In this document: piece after piece, positions 8,655 to 18,241 of the stretch
Numbering within the stretch: the first letter of the stretch is position 1
How the letters are laid out: every line of letters starts with the position of its first letter
Origin: Gammaproteobacteria bacterium
Lineage (GTDB): Bacteria; Pseudomonadota; Gammaproteobacteria; Ga0077536
Assembly: GCA_009692365.1 (NCBI GenBank)
Contig: SHZJ01000020.1
Location: forward strand, 561-64,560
DNA length: 64,000 nucleotides
Reading direction: 5' to 3'
Program-made: the position numbers and the translations under genes
The notes under the pieces: model-generated
What the model saw: only the letters and a program-made list of their open reading frames with translations
Told to the model about the DNA's origin: nothing
Database searches by the model: none

Positions 8655-11231
8655 CTCTAAGGTTGTTGGGGCGGAGGGTCGCGCCACGCGCTCGGCGGCG
8701 AGCACCGGGCTGACCACGGCTAGTGGGACGCTGACGACCGCCGCGGGGCTGGCGACCGCCGCGGGGCTGGCGACCGCCGCGGGGCTGACGACCGCCGCGG
8801 GGCTGGCGACCGCCGCGGGGCTGGCGACCGCCGCGGGGCTGACGACCGCCGCGGCGCTGGCGACCGCCGCGGGGCTGGCCGTGTCGCTGGCCGTGTCGCT
8901 GGCCGCCGTAGCAGTGCTGGCGGCGGCTTCAACGAGGGCCACGGCGGGTGCGGCCACTGTCGACGCCTCGGGGTGTCTAGCGGCCTGCGTGGGGGCTGGG
9001 TTCGAGTGAGTTTCTGGCGGCGCTAATGAGTGCACCGGTACGGCGGGCGAATCCTCGTGTGAGCCGGTCGGTGCCGCGCGCTCAATTGGCGCGTCGCTCG
9101 CTAGCGGCGGCGCCTCGGAACGGTGACGCGAACCGCGTTCACGCTCGCGGCCGCGACCGCCATCTCGTCGCTCAGCGCCTCTGCGGCTTGCTTGTTCTAC
9201 ACCATTGCTGCGTTCCCCGGCGGTTTGGCTAGGCTCGTCGCTACGGGTCTCGGCTTCAGCGCGCGGGGCTCGGGACGCGTCGCCCCCGCGACCACCACGG
9301 CCGCGACGACTCTCGGCGCGTGGTTCAGTGCGGCCATCTGAACGACTGTCTGAACGACCCTCTGAACGACCGTCAGGTCGGGCTTCCGAGCGGCGTCGGG
9401 GTTCCTCGCGCGCCCGCTCGCTGCTGGTCTGGCCCCGCGTAGGACTGGGACGGCTCGTCGCCGGCGCTGCCGCCCGAGGATTGGCGTCTGCGGGCAGGGG
9501 AGCAGCTTTCACCGACGCCTCGCCGTTGCCACCAAACAAGGCGGAGAACAAGCGTTTGATGACCCCGCCGCGCTCGCCGTGCAGGGCGGTCTCGGGGTTT
9601 GCGGCCTCATTGCCGGTTGGTGGCGCGTGCCGCACGATGTCGCGCACGGCCGCTGCCGGCGGCTTGCCCGGTGGGCCTTTGGTGTAATCGAGCGCCGGGG
9701 CCGGGGCTGTTTCGGTCGCTAGCTGGTAGCTGTCGCCGAGTTCACGCTTGGCGAGGTCTTGTTCGCGGATGCGTTGCACGTTGAAGTGCGGGGTTTCCAG
9801 ATTTTGGTTGGGCACCAGAATGATTTCGACTTCCTGGCGCTCCTCGATGCGCGACACATCCCGGCGCTTCTCATTAAACAAAAAGGTCGCCACATCCACC
9901 GGCACTTCGGCCACGAGCTTGGAGGTTGAATCCTTCATCGCCTCTTCCTCGAGCACCCGCAGCACGGTGAGTGCCGTGGAACGCAGACTGCGAATGGTGC
10001 CAACGCCCTCGCAGCGCGGGCAGCGTTCGTGGCTGAATTCCGCCAGCGAAGGGCGGAGGCGCTGACGGGACATCTCCAGCAGGCCAAAGCGTGAAATACG
10101 CCCAATTTGCACCCGTGCTCGGTCCATTTTCACGCAATCGCGAATTTTGTTTTCAACCGCGCGCTGGTTTTTAGCCGACATCATGTCGATGAAATCGATG
10201 ACGACCAGGCCCCCCAAGTCGCGCAGGCGCAGCTGGGTGGCAATTTCTTCGGCCGCTTCGAGATTGGTGAGCAGGGCGGTTTCTTCGATGTCGCTACCAT
10301 GGGTCGCCCGGGCGGAATTGATGTCGATTGTGATCAGTGCCTCGGTAGGCTCGATGACCAACGCGCCGCCGCTCGGTAAGCGCAATTCTCGGCTGAACGC
10401 GGTCTCAATCTGACTTTCAATTTGATAGCGGGTGAACAAGGGCACGCTGTCGACATACATTTTCAGCTTGTTGATGTTCTGCGGCATCAACTGCTTCATG
10501 AACTCGCAGGCGGTCTCGTATAAAACCTCATCGTCGATGAGGATTTCTGCAATATCGCTGCGCAGATAATCGCGGATCGCTCGGATGATGACGTTCTGTT
10601 CCTGATAGATGAGGAACGGCGCCGCGCGTTCTTTGGCCGCCGCGTCCACCGCGCTCCACAGTTGCACTAGGTAGTCGAGGTCTGATTGGAGCTCTTCAGC
10701 GCCTTTGCCGATGCCCGCCGTGCGCAAAATCAAGCCCACGTCTGCCGGAATCACCAGCGCGCTCATGGCCTCTTTCGCTTCTTCGCGCGCATCGCCCTCG
10801 ATTTGCCGCGACACCCCACCGGCCTTCGGGTTATTCGGCATGGCCACCAGGTAGCGCCCGGCCAAACTGATGAACGTGGTGAGCGCGGCGCCTTTATTGC
10901 CCCGTTCGTCTTTCTCCACCTGCACGATGAGCTGCTGGCCTTCTTCTAGCGCCTCGCGGATGTTCACCCGGCCTGATTGCGCCCGCGCCTTCTCGCGAAA
11001 GAGGTGCCGTGAGACTTCTTTAAGCGGCAGAAAGCCGTGGCGTTCCGCGCCATAATCCACAAAGGCCGCCTCGAGACTGGGCTCAAGCCTGATGATGCGG
11101 GCTTTATAGATATTGGATTTTCGTTGTTCTTTGCCCACGGCCTCGATGTCGAGGTCGAACAAACGTTGGCCATCGACCAGCGCGACGCGCAACTCTTCGG
11201 GCTGAGTTGCATTAATTAACATTCTTTTCAT
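8643..11231 (-). CDS. rne: ribonuclease E
   Basis: Probable start MKRMLINATQPEELRVALVDGQ at 11231; the track ORF extends to 11285. S1/catalytic N-terminal half, Zn-link CPRCEGVG, Arg-rich central region, and a low-complexity Ala/Pro/Ser C-terminus. Confidence 0.93.
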   Translation of the reverse strand: MKRMLINATQPEELRVALVDGQRLFDLDIEAVGKEQRKSNIYKARIIRLEPSLEAAFVDYGAERHGFLPLKEVSRHLFREKARAQSGRVNIREALEEGQQLIVQVEKDERGNKGAALTTFISLAGRYLVAMPNNPKAGGVSRQIEGDAREEAKEAMSALVIPADVGLILRTAGIGKGAEELQSDLDYLVQLWSAVDAAAKERAAPFLIYQEQNVIIRAIRDYLRSDIAEILIDDEVLYETACEFMKQLMPQNINKLKMYVDSVPLFTRYQIESQIETAFSRELRLPSGGALVIEPTEALITIDINSARATHGSDIEETALLTNLEAAEEIATQLRLRDLGGLVVIDFIDMMSAKNQRAVENKIRDCVKMDRARVQIGRISRFGLLEMSRQRLRPSLAEFSHERCPRCEGVGTIRSLRSTALTVLRVLEEEAMKDSTSKLVAEVPVDVATFLFNEKRRDVSRIEERQEVEIILVPNQNLETPHFNVQRIREQDLAKRELGDSYQLATETAPAPALDYTKGPPGKPPAAAVRDIVRHAPPTGNEAANPETALHGERGGVIKRLFSALFGGNGEASVKAAPLPADANPRAAAPATSRPSPTRGQTSSERAREEPRRRSEARPDGRSEGRSDSRSDGRTEPRAESRRGRGGRGGDASRAPRAEAETRSDEPSQTAGERSNGVEQASRRGAERRDGGRGRERERGSRHRSEAPPLASDAPIERAAPTGSHEDSPAVPVHSLAPPETHSNPAPTQAARHPEASTVAAPAVALVEAAASTATAASDTASDTASPAAVASAAAVVSPAAVASPAAVASPAAVVSPAAVASPAAVASPAAVVSVPLAVVSPVLAAERVARPSAPTTLEPPP
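8731..8904 (-). repeat. in-frame coding tandem repeat in the rne 3' region: 8 x 18 bp with a 54-bp super-period, then 2 x 12 bp
   Basis: The unit CTG(A/G)CGACCGCCGCGGGG repeats head to tail from 8731 to 8874, with the GACG variant at every third unit. It encodes (SPAAV[A/V])n. GTGTCGCTGGCC x2 at 8881-8904 encodes (ASDT)2. Confidence 0.9.
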
Positions 11232-11671
11232 GGTCTGGAATCCTTGGCTACGCGCCAGCGGCGTCATTCGACGCGCTGTGCGCACGTGCTGATGTCGCCT
11301 CGCAACAGACCGGCGTTAGCGCACGTGGTGCATGATGAGGCCCGCAGATCGAGATCGCGGGCCGATTTGCGACTTGCGCCAGCGGAAAGCGGTGCAGGAG
11401 AAACGCGCGCGATGGCAGGGCAACGCGGGCGCGGTGAGCCGTTTTAAGCGGTCCGATTCACCGCCGCCGGCGATAGCGTTTAACACAGCAAATGGGGTCT
11501 TTGCTCCAGAAGGCACAGCGGTCGTGCCCATCTATTTGATAAACTGCTGACGTTTTCCGCGCTAACTGTTTGCGCACCTGAGCATTCACCGCGGGCGCGA
11601 CGCAAAGTCGGGTCGAATATAGCAGCGTTGCCGTCACTCGGCAATCGAGAGACGGGCGAGGGTTAAAGCGC
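11232..11671. promoter_or_regulatory. 440-bp divergent rne/rluC intergenic region; probable long rne 5' leader plus both promoters
   Basis: No convincing ORF. E. coli rne has a long autoregulatory 5' UTR, but its structure was not verified here. Confidence 0.35.
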
Positions 11672-12601
11672 ATGTCGGGCAGACAATTGGTCTCCATTAG
11701 AGCCGTCGAGCCGGCGCACGAAGGGCGCCGACTCGACAATTTTTTGACCACGCTGATGGGCGGCGTACCGCGGGCGTTGGTCTACCGAATCATTCGCAGC
11801 GGGGAGGTGCGCGTCAACGGTCGGCGGGCGCAGCCGCAACAGCGCTTGGTGGCCGGTGACCAAGTCCGGGTGCCCCCGTTCACCCCCCACGATGCGCAGG
11901 CCCCGCAAATCGGGGTGGCCATTAAACAGGCCGTGACGGCGGCCATTCTGTACGAGGACGAGCAAATTTTGCTGCTCAACAAGCCCTCGGGTTTGGCAGT
12001 CCACGCGGGCTCGGGTCTGCCCTTTGGGCTTATCGATGTGGTGCGCCGCCTGCGACCCGAATGCGCGAAAATCGAACTTGTGCATCGACTTGACCGCGAA
12101 ACCTCCGGCTGCTTGTTGCTGGCGAAGGATATTGCCACCCTGCGCGCCCTGCATCTGCAGTTACGCGAGGGGCGTATGCATAAAGGCTATGTGGCCCTGC
12201 TCAAGGGGCATCTGCCGGCGGCGCCCGTGCGTTGTGAGGCGCCGCTGGCCATGGTGTCGGATGGGCAAGGCGAGCGCCGGGCCGAAGTGTCGGCCGCCGG
12301 GGTCGCGGCACGCACCGAATTTCGAGTCCGGGCGCGCCTCGGCCAGTGGACTTACTCAGAGGTCATCCTCGACACCGGCCGGACCCATCAGATTCGGGCG
12401 CACGCCGCCTATTTGGGGCATCCTATTGGCGGCGATACGCGCTACGGCGACCCCGCGGCCAACCAATCCCTGCGGGCACTTGGCTTAAACCGCACGTTCC
12501 TGCACGCCGAAGTCATTGCATTCGAACAGGCGGGCCCGCGGCAGTTCTCCGCGCCGCTGCCGCCAGAACTTGCCACTTTGCTGCTGCGGCTTGCCCCGTG
12601 A
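11672..12601 (+). CDS. rluC: 23S rRNA pseudouridine synthase RluC (RluA family)
   Basis: N-terminal S4 domain (RLDNFL...VYRIIRSGEVRVNG), catalytic motif HRLDRETSG, and divergent placement from rne as in E. coli and Pseudomonas. Confidence 0.88.
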   Translation: MSGRQLVSIRAVEPAHEGRRLDNFLTTLMGGVPRALVYRIIRSGEVRVNGRRAQPQQRLVAGDQVRVPPFTPHDAQAPQIGVAIKQAVTAAILYEDEQILLLNKPSGLAVHAGSGLPFGLIDVVRRLRPECAKIELVHRLDRETSGCLLLAKDIATLRALHLQLREGRMHKGYVALLKGHLPAAPVRCEAPLAMVSDGQGERRAEVSAAGVAARTEFRVRARLGQWTYSEVILDTGRTHQIRAHAAYLGHPIGGDTRYGDPAANQSLRALGLNRTFLHAEVIAFEQAGPRQFSAPLPPELATLLLRLAP

Positions 12602-12662
12602 ACCCCGCGCGGGAGGGGGCTGCGCGCAGCGTGAACGCCAACCATAATTTAACGAGACCCCC

Positions 12663-13616
12663 ATGAGCCAAGCAGCCGACAAAGACCCAGCCCCCGACGC
12701 CTTATCGCCCGATCTCATGCAGCGCTTCGCCTTCGAGGCGCTGCGCGAGCAGCGCTCGGCGCGCCGCTGGGGGATCTTCTTTAAGCTATTGTTCACCGGT
12801 TATCTCTTGGTGTTGCTGGGGATAGGCTGGGCGGGTTCATCGCTGGGGTCTTTTACTTCGGCCGACCGCATCACGGCCTTGGTCGACCTCCAAGGGGTGA
12901 TCGCCCCAGAAATGCCGGCCAGTGCGGAGAACGTCACCAGCGCTTTGCGGGCCGCCTTCAAAGACACCCGCACGGCGGCCGTGCTGGTGCGCATCAATAG
13001 CCCGGGTGGCAGCCCGGTGCAGTCGGGCTACATCAACGATGAAATTTACCGGCTCAAACACAAATATCCAAAAATCCGAGTCTATGCGGTCATTCAGGAT
13101 ATTTGCGCCTCCGGTGCCTACTACGTGGCCGCCGCGGCCGACGAAATTTACGCCGACAAAGCGAGCTTGGTGGGCTCCATCGGCGTGCGGATGGATGGCT
13201 TTGGCTTTGTGGACGCGCTGCAAAAGCTGGGCGTGGAGCGAAGACTCCTGACCGCCGGGGAACATAAGGCCTTTCTCGACCCTTTTTTGCCCTTACAAGC
13301 GACCGAGGTTCAACACGTTGAAGGCCTGCTGGGCGAGATTCACCAGCAATTCATCAATACGGTGAAAAAAGGCCGGGGTGACCGGCTGCAGGCCGGGGCG
13401 GATTTGTTCAACGGCCTCATTTGGACGGGCGAGCGGGGGCTTGCGCTCGGGCTCGTGGATGCTTTGGGTTCTGCTGGCTTCGTGGCGCGCGAGATTGTGC
13501 GGGCGCCGGAGGTGGTCGATTTCACGCTCCATGAGGGTGTGCTCGAAAAAGTTGGGCGTCGTCTGGGGAGTCAATTGGGGACTGGCCTGCGCCAGGCGTT
13601 GGGCGCGCAATGGTGA
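12663..13616 (+). CDS. S49 family peptidase (SppA 36K type)
   Basis: N-terminal TM helix plus S49 motifs INSPGGSPV and CASGAYYVAAAADEI. Confidence 0.85.
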   Translation: MSQAADKDPAPDALSPDLMQRFAFEALREQRSARRWGIFFKLLFTGYLLVLLGIGWAGSSLGSFTSADRITALVDLQGVIAPEMPASAENVTSALRAAFKDTRTAAVLVRINSPGGSPVQSGYINDEIYRLKHKYPKIRVYAVIQDICASGAYYVAAAADEIYADKASLVGSIGVRMDGFGFVDALQKLGVERRLLTAGEHKAFLDPFLPLQATEVQHVEGLLGEIHQQFINTVKKGRGDRLQAGADLFNGLIWTGERGLALGLVDALGSAGFVAREIVRAPEVVDFTLHEGVLEKVGRRLGSQLGTGLRQALGAQW

Positions 13617-14201
13617 CTAGCCGGGGACCGCAACCCCAAATTCGTGCAATAAGCTCACCAGTGCGATGAGCGGCAGGCCGACCAGCGCCGTCGGATCCTC
13701 GCTGCTGATGCGCTGACACAGCGCAATGCCCAAACTTTCACTTTTGAAACTACCCGCACAATCGAGCGCAGATTCCTGCGCTAGGTAGCGTTCAATCAGC
13801 GCCGTGGATAGCTGGCGGAAATGCACGAGGGTCGGCACCACTGCGCTGGCGACTCGCCCCGAACGTGCGTCGAGCACACACACACCGGTCTGAAACACGG
13901 CCAGTTGCCCGGAGGCAGCCTGCAGCTGGGCCACCGCTGCGGCCCGTGTGGCCGGTTTGCCAACGCTCGCGCCACCCACAGTCGCCGCTTGGTCGCTGCC
14001 AATGATCAAGCTGTCGGGAAATCGGCTGGCCAGCGTTTGGGCTTTGAGGCGCGCGAGCCGCTCCACCAAGGCGGTCGCGCGCTCGCCGGCTTGCGGCGCT
14101 TCGTCTACTTCCGGCGAGGCCGTGAGGAAAGGCAGGCCCAGGCGGGCGAGCAGTTCGCGTCGATACGGGGAGGAAGATGCCAGCAGGAGTGAAATTGTCA
14201 T
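13617..14201 (-). CDS. maf: Maf-like nucleoside triphosphate pyrophosphatase (YceF-type)
   Basis: Start MTISLLLASSSPYRRELL; the track ORF adds 9 codons upstream. Divergent from yceD-rpmF as in E. coli and Pseudomonas. Confidence 0.85.
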   Translation of the reverse strand: MTISLLLASSSPYRRELLARLGLPFLTASPEVDEAPQAGERATALVERLARLKAQTLASRFPDSLIIGSDQAATVGGASVGKPATRAAAVAQLQAASGQLAVFQTGVCVLDARSGRVASAVVPTLVHFRQLSTALIERYLAQESALDCAGSFKSESLGIALCQRISSEDPTALVGLPLIALVSLLHEFGVAVPG

Positions 14202-14274
14202 TTGACCTAGTCCTGAAATGAACCGCATTTTGGCATTTTACGATACCGATGCTTGACGTATACTCGCGCGCTTG

Positions 14275-14778
14275 ATGCAGGACGCTTTACCCGACACCGT
14301 TATTCCGCGCCGCGCAGGCAGTCAAGCGCTGCGCCTGAGCGGGCGTTTGCCGGGTGCGGCCTTGCCGCGACTGTCAGCAGCCTTCAGGCAGGTCGAGGCG
14401 TTACGCGTCGATTTGGTCTTCAGCGAGGCGGGCACAGACCGGGTGCTGGTAACAGGCCAAGCCCAAACCCGAGTTCGCGCGCGCTGTCAGCGCTGCTTGG
14501 AAGAATTCGAGATGGGGATCAACGCCGACATCGAGGTCGAATTCGGCCTGCCGGACGCGGTCTCCGCACACGCGCGGGAAGTGCTCACGGGGCTCGACGA
14601 CAAACTCCTGCTGAGCGAATTTTTAGAAGACGAACTGCTGCTGGGTGCGCCCATGACAACGCTGCACGAGGCAGGCGATTGTTATCCACCCGGGGCGATC
14701 GAGGAGGCCGAGGAACTGCCGCCGGCAAGGCGCAATCCGTTCGGTGATTTGACCAAGTTGCTAGGCAACAAAGACTGA
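14275..14778 (+). CDS. yceD: YceD family (DUF177) protein
   Basis: About 167 aa with a CxxC...acidic C-terminal pattern (RCQRCLEEF), immediately upstream of rpmF. ATG 14275 is preferred over TTG 14272. Confidence 0.85.
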   Translation: MQDALPDTVIPRRAGSQALRLSGRLPGAALPRLSAAFRQVEALRVDLVFSEAGTDRVLVTGQAQTRVRARCQRCLEEFEMGINADIEVEFGLPDAVSAHAREVLTGLDDKLLLSEFLEDELLLGAPMTTLHEAGDCYPPGAIEEAEELPPARRNPFGDLTKLLGNKD

Positions 14779-14800
14779 AATGACTACTGGAGCATGACAA

Positions 14801-14977
14801 ATGGCTGTACAACAGGATCGCAAAACCCCGAGCAAGCGCGGCATGCGTCGTTCACACGACAAACTGTCCAGCCCCACGCTCTCCGAAGAACCCACCACCG
14901 GCGAGGTACATCTGCGCCACCACGTGAGCGCCGATGGTTATTACCGCGGCAAACAGGTGATCACGCCCAAAGTTTGA
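14801..14977 (+). CDS. rpmF: 50S ribosomal protein L32
   Basis: Below the track cut-off; read by eye as [58 protein letters not shown]. This is an L32 N-terminal signature in the yceD-rpmF-plsX context. Confidence 0.92.
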   Translation: MAVQQDRKTPSKRGMRRSHDKLSSPTLSEEPTTGEVHLRHHVSADGYYRGKQVITPKV

Positions 14978-15027
14978 GCGAAGTCTCGATGACGCCTGCC
15001 GGCGTTTGGGTTAGGGGCTAGACGCCG

Positions 15028-16044
15028 ATGATGCGCATCGCGCTCGACGCAATGGGCGGCGATCACGGGCCGGAGGTCACGATTCCGGCGGCGTTGGCGG
15101 CTCTGCGCCGCTATCCCGGCGTCAGTTTCTCGCTCATCGGGGACCAACCAACGATCGCCCGTCTGCTGGACCGCACCGGTACCGATACGGCGCGCTGTAG
15201 CGTGGTGCATGCGCCACAGCGCGTCGAAATGAGCGATCGCCCGTCTGTCGCACTGCGTAACAAGCGCGAATCCTCCATGCGATTTGCGCTCGACGCCGTG
15301 CGTGACGGCCACGCGGGCGCGTGTGTGAGTGCCGGCAATACCGGGGCGCTGATGGGGATGGCCCGCTATGTGTTGAAAACCCTCCCGGGCATCGAACGGC
15401 CCGCCATTTGCGCGATGCTGCCCTCGGTCAATGGCAGCACGCACATGCTGGATCTGGGGGCCAATGTCGACTCCAGTTCAGAGGAACTGTTTCGGTTCGC
15501 GGTGATGGGCTCGGTGTTGGCGGCCTCCATCGACCAACGGCCCAGCCCGCGGGTGGCCTTGCTCAACATCGGCGAAGAGGAAATCAAGGGTAACGATCGG
15601 GTCAAACAGACCGCGCTGTTACTCGAGAAAAGCAAGCTCAATTACTGCGGTTTTGCGGAAGGTAACGATATCTACACGGGCAAGTTCGATGTCATCGTGT
15701 GCGATGGCTTTGTGGGCAATGTGGCGCTCAAAGCGAGTGAGGGCGTGGCCGGCATGTTGCTCGAACTGGCGCGCCAAGAATTTAGTCGCAACTTGCTGAC
15801 CAAATTAAGCGCCCTGATCGCCGCGCCGGTGTTGCGGCGACTCCGCGATCGCGCGGACCCCCGTCGCTACAATGGTGCGAGCCTGCTGGGCTTGCGCGGC
15901 ATTGTGATTAAAAGCCATGGCGGCGCTGATATTTACTCGTTTGGACGGGCCATCGACCAGGCGGTGGTGGAAATGGAGAACGCAGTGCCTGACCGAATCA
16001 GCAGCGCACTCGAACAATTTTTAGTCAATCAACCGTTAAGCTAA
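15028..16044 (+). CDS. plsX: phosphate acyltransferase PlsX
   Basis: 338 aa with the N-terminal ALDAMGGDHGP motif. Confidence 0.95.
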   Translation: MMRIALDAMGGDHGPEVTIPAALAALRRYPGVSFSLIGDQPTIARLLDRTGTDTARCSVVHAPQRVEMSDRPSVALRNKRESSMRFALDAVRDGHAGACVSAGNTGALMGMARYVLKTLPGIERPAICAMLPSVNGSTHMLDLGANVDSSSEELFRFAVMGSVLAASIDQRPSPRVALLNIGEEEIKGNDRVKQTALLLEKSKLNYCGFAEGNDIYTGKFDVIVCDGFVGNVALKASEGVAGMLLELARQEFSRNLLTKLSALIAAPVLRRLRDRADPRRYNGASLLGLRGIVIKSHGGADIYSFGRAIDQAVVEMENAVPDRISSALEQFLVNQPLS

Positions 16045-16997
16045 TGCCGAGTAAACTGGCTTTTATTTTTCCGGGGCAGGGCGCGCAATCCGTCGGTATG
16101 GTGGATGGGTTCCTCGAGCAGTTCCCGCAGTTTGGGGCGCGCTACGCGCAAGCCGCTGAGGCGCTGAACCTCGATTTGCTGGCGCTGGTCACCCACGGCC
16201 CGGCGGACGAACTCAATCGCACCCAAAATACCCAGCCGGCGCTGCTGGCCGCCAGCGTGGCGATATGGGACGTCTGGAACGCGCTGGCGGGCCGCCGCCC
16301 CGGCCTGCTGGCGGGGCATAGTTTTGGCGAGTACTCGGCCCTGGTCTGCGCCGGCGCGCTGGACTTTAAAGAGACTATCAGGCTCGTCGCCGACCGCGGA
16401 CGCTTTATGCAAGAAGCCGTGCCAGCGGGGACGGGTGGCATGGCCGCGGTACTAGGACTGGATCGGGAGCGCCTTGACGCCGTGTGCGCGCACGCGGCCG
16501 AGCACGAAACCGTGCAATGCGCCAACCTCAATGCGCCGGGGCAAATTGTCATTTCGGGCAGTACCGGCGCGCTCGAACGCGCAGCGCAGGGTGCGCGCAG
16601 CGCCGGTGCTAAACGGGTGATGCCGCTGGCCGTGAGCGTGCCGGCGCACAGCGCGCTCATGCGCCCCGCCGCCGTGCGTTTCCAAGAGCGAATCGCAGGC
16701 GTCGCCTTCACCAGCCCCGAGATCCCCGTCATCCACAACGTGGATGTGGTGAGTCATGCCACCCCGGCTGGTATTCGCGCCGCCTTGGTCGCGCAGCTGG
16801 AGTGCGCTGTGCGCTGGCAAGAGACCATCGAATATTTCGCCGCGGCAGGGGTAACCCACGTGGTGGAATGTGGGCCCGGCAAAGTACTCAGCCCGCTCGT
16901 GAAACGCTGCGCGCCGCACCTCGAAACATTCTCATTAAGTGGGCCTAGCGAACTGCGCGCGGTCCTGGCGGAATTAGAGGCTAGGTTCAATGACTGA
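16044..16997 (+). CDS. fabD: malonyl-CoA:ACP transacylase
   Basis: FPGQGAQSVGM and the active-site GHSFGEYSA. The start overlaps the plsX stop (TAATG). Confidence 0.95.
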   Translation: MPSKLAFIFPGQGAQSVGMVDGFLEQFPQFGARYAQAAEALNLDLLALVTHGPADELNRTQNTQPALLAASVAIWDVWNALAGRRPGLLAGHSFGEYSALVCAGALDFKETIRLVADRGRFMQEAVPAGTGGMAAVLGLDRERLDAVCAHAAEHETVQCANLNAPGQIVISGSTGALERAAQGARSAGAKRVMPLAVSVPAHSALMRPAAVRFQERIAGVAFTSPEIPVIHNVDVVSHATPAGIRAALVAQLECAVRWQETIEYFAAAGVTHVVECGPGKVLSPLVKRCAPHLETFSLSGPSELRAVLAELEARFND

Positions 16998-17730
16998 ACG
17001 TCGAATTGCGGTCGTAACAGGCGCGAGTCGCGGCATTGGGCAGGCCATCGCAAAAACGCTCGCCCAAGCAGGGCTGCAGGTAGTCGGCACGGCGACCACG
17101 CCAACCGGCGCGCGGGCCATCGAAGCCGACCTGCAGCCGTTTGGTGAGGGCCATCTCGGCGTGGTTTTGGACGTCACTTCGGCCACTTCGCGCACAGAGT
17201 TTTTTGCGAATCTCACCGCGCGCAGTCTGGTGCCGCTGGTGCTGGTGAATAACGCCGGCCTTACCCGCGACAACCTCCTGATGCGGATGAAAGACGAGGA
17301 ATGGAACCTCGTCATCGACGCGAACCTGGGTTCGGTGTATCAGCTGTCGCGCCATTTCATTCGCAACATGCTGAAAGCCCGTTTTGGCCGCATCGTGAAC
17401 ATCACCTCGGTGGTCGCGGCGTCAGGCAATGCAGGGCAGGCTAACTATGCGGCGGCGAAGGCGGGTATCATCGGCTTCACGAAATCGCTGGCTCAGGAAG
17501 TGGCCTCGCGCGGGGTAACGGTCAACGCCATCGCGCCGGGCATGATCGATACCGACATGACGCGGGTATTGAGCGAGCAGCAGCGCACGACGTTGTTATC
17601 GCGCATCCCAGCCGGACGACTAGGCTCGGTCGAAGAGGTCGCCTTCGCCGTCGCGTTCCTCGCCTCCGAGTTGGCGGGCTACATGACGGGCGAAACTCTG
17701 CACCTCAATGGCGGCCTGTACATGACCTAA
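16990..17730 (+). CDS. fabG: 3-oxoacyl-ACP reductase
   Basis: SDR motifs VTGASRGIG and YAAAKAG; position between fabD and acpP. Confidence 0.95.
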   Translation: MTERRIAVVTGASRGIGQAIAKTLAQAGLQVVGTATTPTGARAIEADLQPFGEGHLGVVLDVTSATSRTEFFANLTARSLVPLVLVNNAGLTRDNLLMRMKDEEWNLVIDANLGSVYQLSRHFIRNMLKARFGRIVNITSVVAASGNAGQANYAAAKAGIIGFTKSLAQEVASRGVTVNAIAPGMIDTDMTRVLSEQQRTTLLSRIPAGRLGSVEEVAFAVAFLASELAGYMTGETLHLNGGLYMT

Positions 17731-17907
17731 AGAGGGGGCCAGAGACTGGTTTCAAATAACGTCAGCCGACGAATTTGAAATACACTTTGGCAGGGATAAG
17801 AATGCCGGGCTTAAAGTACCCGGCTTCACTTGAAACTTGGTTCGATTCCACTAAACTAGCCACCGTCGCAGCCTGTGCTGTACCACGGTTCGGAGGATGG
17901 TCAACAA

Positions 17908-18144
17908 ATGAGTAGCGTTGAAGAGCGTGTTAAAAAGATCGTTATCGAGCAGTTAGGCGTCAAAGAACAGGAAGTAACGAAAGAATCTTCTTTCGTCGAC
18001 GACCTCGGTGCCGACTCCCTCGATACGGTAGAACTGGTGATGGCTCTGGAAGAAGAGTTCAAAACTGAAATTCCAGACGAAGAAGCGGAAAAAATCACCA
18101 CCGTGCAGCAGGCCATCGACTACATTACCAAAAGTCTCGGCTGA
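17908..18144 (+). CDS. acpP: acyl carrier protein
   Basis: [18 protein letters not shown]... with the phosphopantetheine site [13 protein letters not shown]. The track ORF from 17875 is an extension. Confidence 0.97.
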   Translation: MSSVEERVKKIVIEQLGVKEQEVTKESSFVDDLGADSLDTVELVMALEEEFKTEIPDEEAEKITTVQQAIDYITKSLG

Positions 18145-18241
18145 GCCCACGTACCCAGCCGCCAAGAACAACGGGGCCGCCGATTAGACCAAAAGTTTTT
18201 CGCGGCGCTTCGCATTTCTAGGGGAGTTCAAGGAGCACGCG

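Noticed and set aside
8720-8932. 70-aa minus-strand ORF with the PAPRRS repeat, plus the thought that the 18-bp repeats might be a CRISPR-like array
   Set aside because: It is an alternative frame of the rne coding repeat. The units are contiguous with no spacers, and there are no cas genes.
17839-17862. tRNA-like T-loop string GGTTCGATTCC followed about 10 nt later by CCA, in the fabG-acpP intergenic region
   Set aside because: No complementary 5' acceptor strand lies about 70 nt upstream. The T-stem pairs at only 3 of 4 positions. The nearby hairpin (GCCGGG-N9-CCCGGC) does not fit an anticodon arm. It is most likely a chance match in the acpP leader.
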